NCBI GenBank assembly: GCA_047495785.1
Contig: JBLDXI010000010.1
Location: 682,001 to 746,000 of the forward strand
Reading direction: 5' to 3'
DNA: 64,000 bases
Source: Lepidodermella squamata
Taxonomy: Eukaryota; Animalia; Gastrotricha
Below the pieces are notes generated by a model that made no database searches, had not been told where the DNA came from, and saw only the letters and a program-made list of their open reading frames with translations. The translations under genes were made by a program, and so were the position numbers. This document shows positions 47,312 to 59,667 of this stretch, in pieces. How positions within the stretch are numbered: the stretch's first letter is position 1; each line of letters starts with the position of its first letter.

Positions 47312-47510
47312 ATTAAGCCTTTCAAAAGCAAATAACGCAAGCAATCGATGATAACTCACCGCCTTATATTCAAAGGCCATTCTGCACACGTTACTGTTTG
47401 CACCGATGAGCTTTTTCTCTGTCGAGCAGCTTATTTTGTAGTTAATAGGCACAGTGCTCTAGCTCTATTGTACAAGGAGCACCAACTTGTTTTTTACTCA
47501 GCGTTTTGGC

Positions 47511-49211
47511 ATGAAGCAAGCAAGGATTTTCAACAACGTTCCATGGTTATTCCTTTTTACTTGCTACTTATTTTCAATGGAAAGTGTCGATGCCAGTGTC
47601 GATAACTACAAATCGGAGAAACTGGATGGGATCAAGGCTAACATGGCACCTGATCTTGCGAAGGTCATTGCGCGGCAAAGTTACGCCCTATTTGTACTGG
47701 ATATGTCGTCTAGGTCGCACGTAAAGCCGATGATAGCGCTCTCAGAGGCCCTTCAGAGGCGGGGTCATCGCACGGCTCTTGCTAGCATGTTCGACGAGGC
47801 AAGGACGTGGTACAGACCTGGCCAGTTCGGAGAGTACTACCAATTAAATGGCACATTAGAGTACCTGTCTAACGGCACGATTTTCCAGGAAAAATCGAAC
47901 GAATTTGTGCGGAAGATAAACGAGGAGACGTCTGAGATGGAAATGTATGATGGCGCAAGCAGGGTACTCCTGAAGCTCGCCCAAGATTTCTGCGAGGGCG
48001 CTTTCCTCAGCCTTAAGGTTGCTGTCAGTGAAGATCGACCTGACATTATGGTGTGCGACTGGCTGAGTTTCTCATGTCCGAATGTAGCAAAAATAATGGG
48101 GATTCCTTATGTGATCACCTCAACCTTCAGCCAGGTTGCCAATATGCCAAACAATCCGAGCTACCTTCAATCGCCGTTTACGCCATTCAGCAATGATGAA
48201 TTGAGCATAGTTGAAAGACTGCATATCAAGTTTGTCGCTTTCCCGCAAATGGTCTTCAAATTCATTCCTTATTTCAACGAGATCAAGCGGATCAAAGAAA
48301 AACTTGGCCTGGACCAAGTGAGCCATCTGTTGCAGCCAGAGAAAAATGTTCACATCTTCATTCCAAACTTCTTCGGCTGGGAATATTCACGCCCGATCTC
48401 GCCTTTCATGCATTTTCTCGGTCCTGTCATTGAGCCTGATATCTACGAAATGAGCCCAGATCTTCAAAAGTGGCTCGACCAAGCTCATTCTCGGCGAGAA
48501 AGTGTTATTTACATCGCATTTGGTTCCGAATTTCGGCCGACTGATTTCAAAATAATGGCTTTGCTGGAGGGCCTTCAATGCAGCTCTTCCTTGAGTCATC
48601 ACGTAAATGTGCTATGGTCTTACGGTACCACTAACCTAAGCGCAGCTGTTCCTGAGGCGATTTTGAAAAATCCGGAAAAGTATCCTCATTTTCGAATGGA
48701 GAAACGTGTCGCGCAAATCAAGGTTCTGAACCATCCGGCTGTTCACCTGTTTGTAAGTCATGGCGGCATGGAAAGTCTGTTCGAAGCATTTCTAGCCCAA
48801 AAGCCGATAATCGTGAACCCGATCACGGCAGATCAGCCATGGAATGCCATGCGAGTGACTGAGCTCGGAGTTGGTCTCCAAATGAGCAAGGACTCGCCTA
48901 ACGCAAAAGATGAAGCCTGCACCAAATCGCAGCAACTCCTCTCGCGTTATGTAGAGAAAGAGCCAAAGCTAATGCAAAATCTTTTGAAAATCAGTGCAGC
49001 ACTATATTATAATGCTGAGCACATCGAGGCAGCCGTGGACGTCATGGAAATGGAGATGACTATCGGATCTGACCACCTGAGGATGTTTGAAGATGAAGCC
49101 CCGTTTTACAGGCTTTACGATTTGGACTTGTACGCCGTTGTTTTCACCGTTTTATTCGCTATAATTGCGCTAATTCGTAAACTATTGAGATCAAAGCCGA
49201 AAAACGATTGA
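47511..49211 (+). CDS. UDP-glycosyltransferase (GT1), ER type, intronless
   Basis: SHVKP catalytic His, QIKVLNHPAVHLFVSHGGMESLFEA...ADQ signature, C-terminal TM and KPKND (KxKxx). Confidence 0.92.
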   Translation: MKQARIFNNVPWLFLFTCYLFSMESVDASVDNYKSEKLDGIKANMAPDLAKVIARQSYALFVLDMSSRSHVKPMIALSEALQRRGHRTALASMFDEARTWYRPGQFGEYYQLNGTLEYLSNGTIFQEKSNEFVRKINEETSEMEMYDGASRVLLKLAQDFCEGAFLSLKVAVSEDRPDIMVCDWLSFSCPNVAKIMGIPYVITSTFSQVANMPNNPSYLQSPFTPFSNDELSIVERLHIKFVAFPQMVFKFIPYFNEIKRIKEKLGLDQVSHLLQPEKNVHIFIPNFFGWEYSRPISPFMHFLGPVIEPDIYEMSPDLQKWLDQAHSRRESVIYIAFGSEFRPTDFKIMALLEGLQCSSSLSHHVNVLWSYGTTNLSAAVPEAILKNPEKYPHFRMEKRVAQIKVLNHPAVHLFVSHGGMESLFEAFLAQKPIIVNPITADQPWNAMRVTELGVGLQMSKDSPNAKDEACTKSQQLLSRYVEKEPKLMQNLLKISAALYYNAEHIEAAVDVMEMEMTIGSDHLRMFEDEAPFYRLYDLDLYAVVFTVLFAIIALIRKLLRSKPKND

Positions 49212-49459
49212 TTAACAGCTGTATGTCATACTGTGATTAAGGAACATCACGATTTATTTTGAAGTACAGTAGTGTTAAAGCAATAAAACAACATGAAAAA
49301 ATGAATATATGAATACGATTGATAACGGCATTATTTGAGATTCAATATTCTGAAATAATTTGTCACGCTATAATAATACAGGAATTCCATATTTCAATGT
49401 TTAAGGGACATCTGTTATGTCCCTTGGATATGTCGAAGCAGTTCCATGTAGGAACAGGA

Positions 49460-52050
49460 TTATTTTGCTTTGCCGGCAAACAGAAACCGCGTCAGCAAAT
49501 TGCAAGCGGCGATAACCAAACAAGTACCAGAAATAGCAATCTGCAGATTTTTCCATTGATCAGCAAATATCAACGCTATCGCGCAACCAGCTGCAATTGC
49601 AATCATCATTCCATAAGTTGACTGTCGTAGAGAATTGGCGGCCGCCTGTAAAAATAGCGCGACGAATGAGAACGATACGAAAAGCCAAGCCCGGTCCTTA
49701 CCTTCTGAAGCATTAGAGAAAGGGCAATCGCGGTTAGCATAGCGATAGTGTTCGGCAGAATAATCAGAATGATCATGAGATCATGGACAAAGAATGTACC
49801 GCTTAGCGACCTAGCGCCCATCTCGCACTGGTAATCGTAAAACCTGTACGCCAAACTGATATCGCTTGCCGATTTTTCGTATCGTAACACCTTCACCGTA
49901 GTAATGAGTGGTTCAACGGCGAACCAGACGACGAGAAGCCCACAGTTGTAGATCCGGATGCCGATTGTGACGATCGAAGTATTCTTCGTTGGAAAATCGG
50001 TCGAGATCAACGAGATTCCTGATCTTTTCCTTACCTGGTAAGCTCGGCTAAATGGCCTTGAGGGTAGCGATTCTCGATTTGGGCCCGATTTCAAAGTTTT
50101 GTAGCTGTGCCAGAGTTCAACTAGGTGTGTTGACAGGACAATGGAGAATCCGCTTAGTAACAGAAAGTACGATGCCATGCAATTGTTATGAATATTTGCC
50201 TCGGTTTTATAGCCCATGATCAACGGCTGGCATGCTAAAAAGATGTCGCCGATCAGTAAGGAATTAGAAGTCCATCTGTTTACCCCAGTTGCGAGTTTCA
50301 GCTTCTTCTTAAGGGATAATAGTAGTAGAAAAAAAGATACGAAACATAGTAGAATGGCGAAAGCTGAAAAACAAAAAGTGAATTTACACTTACGAAAATT
50401 TCGAAAATTACCAGCAAGCGTGGAAAAGGCTGTAACAGTATCAGCTTCTTTCACTGTAATGATCAAAGTTTCATCTCGAGGAGCTAAGCCATTCGAAGTG
50501 CGCCAAACAAATCTACCGGGCCCGAATTTGACAGAAACTTCTGTCGCGTTCATTGTAGCTCCAACGACAGCGATCATCTTCTCCCCAGATTTTTGATGCT
50601 GAGTTATGGCTAATGGGTAATTTCCGGGCCGGTTGAAGCCTGTCGACTTGTTGAACTGCAGTCTGCTGACAAAGCCCTGCATATCCACGCTGAATATGCT
50701 GTCTTTTATCATTGAGAAGATGTAGCTGCCATTTCGTTGGAAATTATCGCCGTTTGTCAACCAGTCATTCAGAGTCTGATTTCTGGCTAATAGTTTTGTT
50801 TCAGTGTCGTCCAAAACATGAATGGCGAAAAGAGCCATGTCGTAGCAGGAGCTTCGCAGCCACCAAGACGGAATTTTTTCAGGTTCTTCCATTTTACTGC
50901 GGAGGTATTCATCTAGCTTACCCGCCGTAACGCCATCAGACGATTTCGTGTTCTCTGGACCTTGTATCTCACTCATAGGCATTTGGCCGAAAAATAGAGC
51001 ACTTTCGAGAACCTCAGCTAACATTTCACTTGTGCACCACGAGTAGGGAATCGGAGCATCCCTGCCGTAAAATCCGAGTCCTGGTATCATAAGGACGTAA
51101 CCAGGGCCGTATAAACCATACTTGTGAAGAAAACAACTAGTCTCGACAGCAACAGTCACATGAATAACAAAAATTCTAGCCTCTTTGAACTCAATCAACT
51201 CCTGAACAGTTTTTTCGATGTCTACAGGTGACGGGTTTGTTGTTCCAAGAATAAGTGGGATTTTGACGTAGCCTAGCAGAGTCATATTCCTTAGATACAT
51301 TTGCCTGATGAGAGCATGGTCCCACTGCATAGAGATCACATAAGATTCTACATTACAATAAACTTTTCCAAACCTACCCGATTCCAGAACAAATTCCCGG
51401 TCGAAATGATTGCTAGTTTGCGCCAGTTCATTCTTTGCAGAAATTCGACCAATGACGGATAGACGTATTCGTGTGGGATGAATAGATGCACGGCTGAAGG
51501 TAGGAAATCTCTGTCGTAAGTCAGGATTCGCGAGACATGGACAGCTTGGATGTGGTTGATCGTGAAAAAGTTGAAATGCTGCATAAATTGCCCATTGTAA
51601 ATCGTTCCGATATTTCCCAGAAGTAGAGGCAGAATGCTGTCTTTATTCCGACCTTCCGTAATGTCTCTTAACGTGCTGGTTACATAGTTGGATCCGCTGA
51701 AGGCCAAATACTGCGATAAGAAACAATATCATATATATTAATTTGATGTCTCAAAAGCTCACCTGATCGTCGAACAAGGAAATTCGCAGATCATAGTTAC
51801 GAAGCAGTTGATTTGACTGGCGGGTATTTTCCAGGGCAAATCGCATAGCTTCCGTGCAAAGTGGGCCCAGTGACAGCGTGAGACCTCCTCCATAGTTGAT
51901 TGAAGCGAGAAGAGTTACAGGCGTTCGAGGATGATCATCGGCGGTGCTGTTTACCTGCAAAAATCTCGGCATCGGGCTCCTCAAGACAAGTTTTTGGCAG
52001 CTGACAAGCGCATTACAGGTCAGGATAGTTAGCAAGGATTTATTCAACAT
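49460..52050 (-). CDS. Divergent GABA-B-like class C GPCR, 5 exons
   Basis: Introns 51711-51762, 51325-51377, 50364-50411, 49646-49701. Signal peptide, LLRNYDL, CFLHKYGLYGPGYV, WRTSNGLAPRD, 7TM. Confidence 0.8.
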
Positions 52051-53227
52051 TTCTTTCGAATTTCTCAAGTATGTTGATGTGTCGGAGTTTGATGAGCTCC
52101 GGGTTGTGGACGTACGACCTCTCAGGCAGAGGATGGATGTTAAATTCTCCGCAAAAGTAGTTCGGGTCATTCGATACCATCTGAGATGGTTCATTAGCAA
52201 TTAGCAGCGAACTGCTCATTAACGATGTGTTTTGATGACGAACAGCGCACGTTGCTACGCACAACTTTTAAACCTCAGACTTAACTAATTACCTCACCCA
52301 CATGTTGTGGACAAAATAGCTGCAGCTGGGTCAATGCGAATTCGTAGAACTAGAACGTAAAACGAATCGATTCCTAAAACGTCAGTGATTGAGTTCTGCA
52401 TTCTACGAATTTTGTTTGTTTGCTAACCATGTTTTTTGTGAGTTCAATATTAGTAAATCAAAGCTAATATTTGAGCCTGAATTCATCCCTGATTGCAAAT
52501 TCATCGCACACAATTTTATTACTTGTGTTGGTTGTCGGGCAGGATGGGCTGACGATTGCTCACCCATCGCCCAATCATTGTCACGAGAACCTCGGCATCA
52601 GTGGTCGCTTCGAGGACACGGCACCACGCGGCTTGGCCGACGGCCACAACAGCAGCCTTTTTGCACTCCGTCCAGGGTTAAAGTGCTGCCGAGAGACCTG
52701 TTCATTTTCGTCTCGATATATGCTGTATGCTGTAGGTCAAAGTCTAATTATTTTTGCTGGTCGGCCGCGGTGTGGGTTTGGTGGGGTTGGTGGGGTGTGA
52801 TTTCTTATAAGCAATACTTATCAAGTGAAGGAATCACGTGCTGCCTCGCGCCATTGATGCTATCAAATCGCCCACCCAAGCAAAAACAGTCGGACTTCGG
52901 GACTCAAATATTGTACAGCCTTCCAAAATTTCTCTGAAGAGGAACACCACACCATTCATGCCAAGAAATTATGCACCAACTAAATCAACGCGGTTGCCGA
53001 TATACATATTCAGATTTTTCTTGAGACGCAATTTTGGCGTCACAATGCTTCCCGACTGCGGATGTGCACGTGAATCCTGTGCATATATGTCCATCTGATA
53101 AGTGAAATATATCAGCTGTCAGCTGTCGTTGAAAAACCTGACACCGGCACAGACTCCGTTCATTTTCCTGGCGGTACGACCACGCGAGGATGGCAGCTGA
53201 AACGATCATCCCACGTAAGGATTTTGC

Positions 53228-53234
53228 TATAAAA
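53228..53234 (+). promoter_or_regulatory. TATA box of the repeat-protein gene (GATA and CAGCTG motifs upstream)
   Basis: TATAAAA about 88 bp before ATG 53316; CTGATAAG ~53095; CAGCTG x3 in 53112-53200. Confidence 0.4.
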
Positions 53235-53315
53235 GCGGGCGAAATTCAGAGCTGTAATCACAACTATCCTTCTACTAATAATTTATACAGTTTAGTAAAT
53301 AACTAAATACTGAAG

Positions 53316-53975
53316 ATGTTCGTCCGCATTGCTTTGGTCGCTGCTCTCTTTGCCGCCGTCTTGGCCGCCCCTCAGGGTCCTCCTGCGGCCTCTGGCTCTG
53401 GCCCCGTTGCCCGCAACCCCCACGGCCCTCCCCATGGATCTCAATCCCATGAGCACTCTGCTGAGCACTCCGACTCCGAGGAATCATCCGAGGAAGAGGA
53501 ATCTGAAGAAGAAGCGGAAGCCCGTCAGCAGCAGTCTGGTTCGGGAGTTGCCCAGTCTCGTCAGCAGCAGCAGTCTGGCTCTGGCTCTGCTGCCCTCAAG
53601 GCTCGTTGCAACAAGAGGTCCACCACTCAGAGGGCCGCCGCTGCCCGCCAGCAGTCTGGCTCTGGCTCCGCTGCCCCAAAAGCTCGTTGCAACAAGAGGT
53701 CCACCACCCAGAAGGCCGCCGCTGCCCGTCAGCAGTCTGGCTCTGGCTCCGCTGCCCCAAAAGCTCGTTGCAACAAGAGGTCCACCACTCAGAAGGCCGC
53801 CGCTGCCCGTCAGCAGTCTGGCTCTGGCTCCGCTGCCCCCAAGTCTCGCCAGCAGCAGCAGTCTGGCTCTGGATCTGCTGCCCCCAAGGCCCGTCAGCAG
53901 CAGCAGTCTGGCTCTGGCTCCGCTGCCCCCAAGGCTCGTTGCAACAAGAGGTCCACCACCGCCGCCTCTGCATAA
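53316..53975 (+). CDS. Secreted low-complexity tandem-repeat protein (orphan)
   Basis: Signal peptide MFVRIALVAALFAAVLA; His/Pro-rich then Ser/Glu-rich block; 81-nt repeat QQSGSGSAAPKARCNKRSTTQKAAAAR; AATAAA ~54157. Confidence 0.8.
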   Translation: MFVRIALVAALFAAVLAAPQGPPAASGSGPVARNPHGPPHGSQSHEHSAEHSDSEESSEEEESEEEAEARQQQSGSGVAQSRQQQQSGSGSAALKARCNKRSTTQRAAAARQQSGSGSAAPKARCNKRSTTQKAAAARQQSGSGSAAPKARCNKRSTTQKAAAARQQSGSGSAAPKSRQQQQSGSGSAAPKARQQQQSGSGSAAPKARCNKRSTTAASA

Positions 53976-54817
53976 GCAAATCTTGCCTTTTAGTTCCGTC
54001 CAGTTTGTGATTTCTCTAATATCGACTTTCTTCGATTCAACATCTGCTATGCAACTGACAGAACTCCTTTTCCGACACCTTACTTGCGTCAGCTGCAAGA
54101 GAAGGTTGCTTTGTTTCAGCTGCTTAGTTTCTTCACCTTTCGCCTTTTTAATGGAAAATAAATATATTTGGAATTCAAATAACTGCAAACGGTAACTTCT
54201 ATTTTTTCTATAATATAATTTACGGAAGACATGAAGGGTATATGAGCTTATATTCGCATTTAGGTCTAAGGCGCTCCAAAAATTGAGTCCAGTGCTGGAT
54301 CAGAGATCAGAGTTCGGATGTAATGAAACCCCATTGGTCATAATCCGAAAAAATCGTCCAAGCGAGCTCCAAGGATCGAAATGTAGGGCTTGATCAGAGG
54401 TTCCTGTTCCATGCTGAAACTAGGGTGTTGGAAAATGTGCTGAAATCAGCTGGGCCGATAAGGCGATTTCGATTGTACTGCTAAATAACGAGTTTTAACT
54501 TTTAACATATAGAGAGGCATGCAACTCCGGGACACAGCTTTTTCCATCTCACTTCGGTCACTCCATGTTGGTCACATGAGTTATTTGCTGTGTAGGTTGA
54601 AGTTAACGCCTCTTCCAAGTGCAAAATATATCCTCACGAACGCATAAGAGCGCTATTCGATGAACTGATGACGCTCTGGGCAGCATCTCCGATTACATTG
54701 GAGGGTACGTGCGATATACGATAGTTGGAGAGGATGTGGTTAATTAATTGCAAGACGTAGAATTCAGGATATAAATATCTGTTTTGATTCACAACGAATG
54801 ATTTCATCTGAAACGAT

Positions 54818-57799
54818 ATGACCACGTTGAATTCTATCTCTGTATGTTTGCTGTGCATATTTGTAACAGCTGCAGCAAAAATACCTTTAAACAGCCCTAT
54901 TCCTGCAAACATTACATCAAAATCGGCGGGAAACAGTACCGGCAAAACTGTTATCAAAGTGCTTGCTATGTTGCACTATGCTGGTCCAATAATGACTATG
55001 GGGCCTATTTCTACAGAAGCGATGGGTTACGCTTTGGACAGCATTAAGAATGTTCCCAATCTCCTGTCAAATTACGAACTGGTTTTCGAACCAATCGATG
55101 ATATGGTGAGTGAGATATTGTTAGTTTAAAAGTAATGTGAAATTGCTACATAAATTTTTAGTGTCTCAGGCAGTTGGCCGTTTCGAAGTTCCTTTCTGAA
55201 ATGCGTCGAAATAAGGAGAGCCCGAATAGATTTCCTTTAATTCTTGGAAATGTATGCTCGGGAAATTTCTACACTGGTCAAATGATGCATTATTTTGACT
55301 TCGTCTCGGTATGTCGGAAATGTTGCGAGGCCTTTCAAAAATTGATCTATTACCTCAATTTCTAGATATCCTCGATTATACTGGCACATGAGGGCCACTC
55401 TCAGCGGAGTCGCTTCCGGTCCTACTTCTCTTTGTCCCCCAAGCTAGAAGCCTTACACGTCGCCATGGGAAATTTCTTTGCAGTGATTGGGTGGCGTAAA
55501 ATCGCCATATTCTCTGAAAACAGCGATTTCATGAATCAAGTCGAATCGGAATTCCTGGCAGATTTCGAGAAGACCGGATTACTTGATATTCTTGGAATTT
55601 TCAAGGTACCTTACAACAATGGCGCTCCTCCAGAATCAAGCCATGTTGAGGCTGCCATGATGGAAATGCTGAAGACAAAACCGAGAATAATTGTCGTTAA
55701 CAATGTCATTACAGTTCGAGTCGCGTGCTGGTTACATCGCGTCAAATTATACGGTCCAAACTATGCGATTTTCATATCAACTGTTCCCGCATTTAATGTT
55801 GAAGACCCCCTCCGCTACGATTGGTGTACCCCAGCAATGCTCCGAGAGCTATTGCCAAGCGTGTTCCTATTTGGGCTCACGACTAGGATGGCTTTGAATC
55901 AAAATGAAAAGCTCGATTCATTACGTAACAGCGGGAAGGATTTTGACAACGCAATGTTGGAACGCATAGACAATCCGATGAACAATCCTAACTGGTTCTC
56001 AACACGTCATCATTCGTATGACAACGCTTTGGTTACAGCCTACGTTCTCAATGAAACGGAGACCATTCTTGCCAAGAGTAAGTTTTTTTCTTTCAGTTTT
56101 TTCTTTAAGGTTGGGTTTGTCAGATTGAGTCTAGCAGGGGTCGGCTGGCTTGAGAAGACTTTGAAAAACAGGTGTTTTCGAGGAAAATATGACTTCTCAT
56201 GTTTAATAACAGGGGGAATTCCTTGATTTACTGCTCGGTATTCTCCGAGCAGTAAGGTGGGCTAAATCACTTGGAAATCAAATCATAATCAAATAAAAGT
56301 CTCTGATTCATAGTTGAGATCTTTTACATGTGGGAACAGAGGTCTAAGGTTGGGCAGCTACATAGCAAGAGGAATCGCATGAAGACGAAAATGCCCCGTC
56401 GGCAAAAGATGAAAGCTGATTGCAGTTTCTATGCACTAGCGCTGTTATTCGCTCTTCTTTTATTTTAGGAAATCAAACGCTTTCTGATTGGTTTACTGAT
56501 GGGGACAACTTTCAAGCCTCAGGCAGCGAAATTTCCAATATCGTCAAACAGGCTTTGTTCAATCTGCGATTAGAAGCCAAAATGGGCCGAGTCGGTTTCG
56601 AGGAGAATACAACATTAAATAGTGCTGGCAACGCGTTGACTGGTATCTTCCAGCATCAAATCCAAAATGATTCGAAAACCTTTGTTCAAGTCCCGGTGGC
56701 GCTATATGATATGCAGAGGAGAAAGATTGACGTTTTTCGCTCCAACATGATATGGCGTACTGCAAGTGGTAACGCTCCAACAGATTCTGTTAGAATCATC
56801 ACAATAGAACAACCGCTAGTTCCCATAAGTTCGTACTCTATCGTGACTGCCGTGGGCTGTTTGGAAATGATAATGATTATAGCAGTTGCAGTTTTTGGAT
56901 GGTGGAAGCGCCACAGTCCGAAATTTGCGGATTCAACTCCGAAGTTGAACGCTTTTATGTTGATTGGAGACTTATTCTTAATATTGGCTGAGCTTGTCCA
57001 GACCCCGAGCCCACACGCAACCAACTGCATCAGTTTCATGATAGCTACTATGAGCATTGTTCTTGGAGTAGCTTCTATTATTTACGGCTTTTTGTCAAAG
57101 CTCGAATTGGGAAAACTCATCTTCCTAGCTTCTGCCCATAAGCAGAAGAGGCGAAGAAGTTCAACTAGAACCAAAAAACCAGATTTATCTAACATCAATC
57201 TGGAGAAAGCAGTTCGGATGTTCGTCATCATCGGCCTGGGCCTGCTTGTCTTCTGCATCGTTACTGGCGTCATTTGGTTCATGTTGGATACCGCTTCAGT
57301 GGGTATGAAAATTTCGGAACTTGAATCAAAGCAGTCAGATGATTCTATCGAATATCGGGCGGTCACATATTTCTGCGAAATTCGTGCGTCTTATGCAACC
57401 ACTGTTATCGCGGCGATCTATTGCTCGATGTTCGTAATTATCGTTTTAAGGGGATGTCTGTTGACGTACACGCTGAAATCTGTAAGTTTCAAAACTTCAA
57501 CCGGAGAACTACAATCATGAATTTTTTGTCTTCGCCAGCTTACCTTCGAGAACATCAAAGATATTCATCACACGAAACATGCACTATATGGAACCACCGT
57601 CCTACTGATATGCGGCTACGTCATTGCTTGGGCTATCTTCAATGACCCGCTGTCTCAAAGATTAACCATTGCATCAACGAATTATCTCTGTGTAGCGCTT
57701 AATGTTGCCATTCTCTTCGCACCAAAAGCATACCGTATCACTTCTAATAGTATCACAGTCGCTAATGCTCGTCCATCCCTAATAGTAGCCTGGAAATGA
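54818..57799 (+). CDS. Divergent GABA-B-like class C GPCR, 5 exons (paralogue of 49460-52050)
   Basis: Introns 55106-55161, 55309-55365, 56078-56468, 57482-57538. LLSNYEL, CWLHRVKLYGPNY, WRTASGNAPTD, 7TM ending LFAPKAY. Confidence 0.82.
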
Positions 57800-58314
57800 G
57801 GGGTCAAACCGGTTAGAATATTAATTTTCAAATTTTTCAAGATTTCGAGGTTGAAATTTTAATAGCCTTGGCTGCTATAGGAAAAAATACACGGTAGTAG
57901 TATTTTTTGCAACGACCTTATTCTTTACATTTTTCTACATAATCCCTAATTTAGAATAATGTACGCCCATCCCTAATAGTAGCCCGGAGGGGTCAAGTGC
58001 GTTTGAAAAAATGAATAATGAATATTCACGAAAATTCACTCATCTCTTTTTTTTACAATGGTAATTCCATTTTCTGTACATTTTTTCAAGACTGAAAATT
58101 CTCGTTTCACTGATGTCATGTCGATTATATTTTCAAAATGTCCATGATATTGTTATCTCCAAGTCAAAAAGTCGTCTCTCTCACGTCTTCATGTAGATAT
58201 TTAACCTGTTCAGTGCTATCTAAACATAGCAGAATTGTAATTTTTAATGATGTCTTACGTCTAGGGTAATTATCTACCATAAATCAGATTGAAAAACGTG
58301 TAATCTATCAGAAC

Positions 58315-59316
58315 GGGACTACTACACAATGCAACAATCGAAACGCAAGGCCTTGAAAACAAAGCCTTAAAACGTTTAAAATCATTTTTTCTGGAAAGGC
58401 CTTGAAACGTATCAAAATTGCAATTTAATTTCGCGCACGCACGGACATTTATTTTCAAGAACTGAATTTTTTTATTCTGAACTGCGTTCCTCTGTAGAGC
58501 CATCTCCTTGGTATTTTATTGAAAATTATTTTATTCAATATTATCAGCTCTGAAATTATTGGCTAAAAATGAGTTATTGTGCAAGTAGTAGATGAGATGT
58601 TGAAGCTGGCAAAATTTTCGACGAAATCGGCCAGCTCAGCCTTGATGACCGCGCATTCTGCATCAAGGTTTCTTCGACTTTTTGCCCTGCGCGAAAGCCG
58701 GTGATTTTGGCTTCAACTTCGCCTAGGGCAAGGAGTTGAGAAATAGGCTCGAAAACAGGTGTTGATGGACGTTAACCGAGTGAGTGACGCAACCGACTGC
58801 TCGGGCTTGAGAACTCGCCGAAATTGCGTGGCGCTCATCTTCGATTTGCAGTTCCGTTAACGCGTCTTGATCTGGCGGCGCTGGCGCAGGTAAATTGGCG
58901 GGGCGAAGCCGGCGCGACCCCGATTAGCGGCGATGGGGAGTCGTCTTAGGCAGACGCCGTTCTCGAGTGACCTCGCGGCGGCGCGGCGGCGCTGATTCCG
59001 GGCGCTTCAGCATCGACAGCCTCCGTAGTGGCAGCGGCAAATTTCGCGGGGCGAGTACCAGCCATGATTTTCAAACATGATACATAAAAATGTCCAAAAC
59101 TCAAAAACTATGATTGAGTTTTTTGCGTGCGCTCATTTCGATAAATAGTGCACACGGCGTGGCGTGCTCTATTTGTTGCATGAGCAGCAACATGACACAA
59201 ATTAATTAGTGCGCGCGTTGTTTTTTTATGCATTGTGAGCCCTTTCCTTGTTGACAAATGTTTTGACGTTTTTTTGCGTGCGCACATTTTAATCCCTTGC
59301 ATTGTGTAGTAGTCCC
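58315..59316. mobile_element. Non-autonomous DNA transposon with GG termini and 8-bp TSD (Merlin- or MULE-like)
   Basis: 20-bp perfect TIR GGGACTACTACACAATGCAA; TSD ATCAGAAC at 58307-58314 and 59317-59324. Confidence 0.88.
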
Positions 59317-59446
59317 ATCAGAACAATTCACAGACATATTTGTAGCCAGAACGAAAATACATTGTCTAGCATCAAGGGTCAAAACCTTTCTGGCATTTGA
59401 TTGGGGTTTCTAAAGAAGGAGAACGCGAGAGACTAGCTGCAATATG

Positions 59447-59510
59447 TACGAGGGCGGTGTCAATTTTCACTCCGTTAGAAAAGCCCCGCATAAAGGTTTC
59501 TGCCCTCGTA
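59447..59510. mobile_element. Mariner-type mini element/remnant
   Basis: TA-CGAGGGC ... GCCCTCG-TA. Confidence 0.4.
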
Positions 59511-59667
59511 TGATCCTGCTTAATTATTCCATTGCGCTTCAACAACTCGCGCTTAATAAGGGTAATTACGATTCAGTACAAGTGGGCGAGTGTAGTAAAT
59601 TTTGACCTCCAGGATGAGCCGAGTGGCAGGAGCAGAAGAAAATTTCATCAATAAGACTTTTCTGGCA

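Noticed and set aside
52389-52937. 182-aa ORF
   Set aside because: Non-ATG start, no motif and atypical composition; probably spurious.
53329-54195. Long alternative-frame and antisense ORFs over the repeat gene
   Set aside because: They are by-products of a GC-rich stop-free repeat. The 53316 frame has the ATG, signal peptide, TATA box and poly(A) signal.
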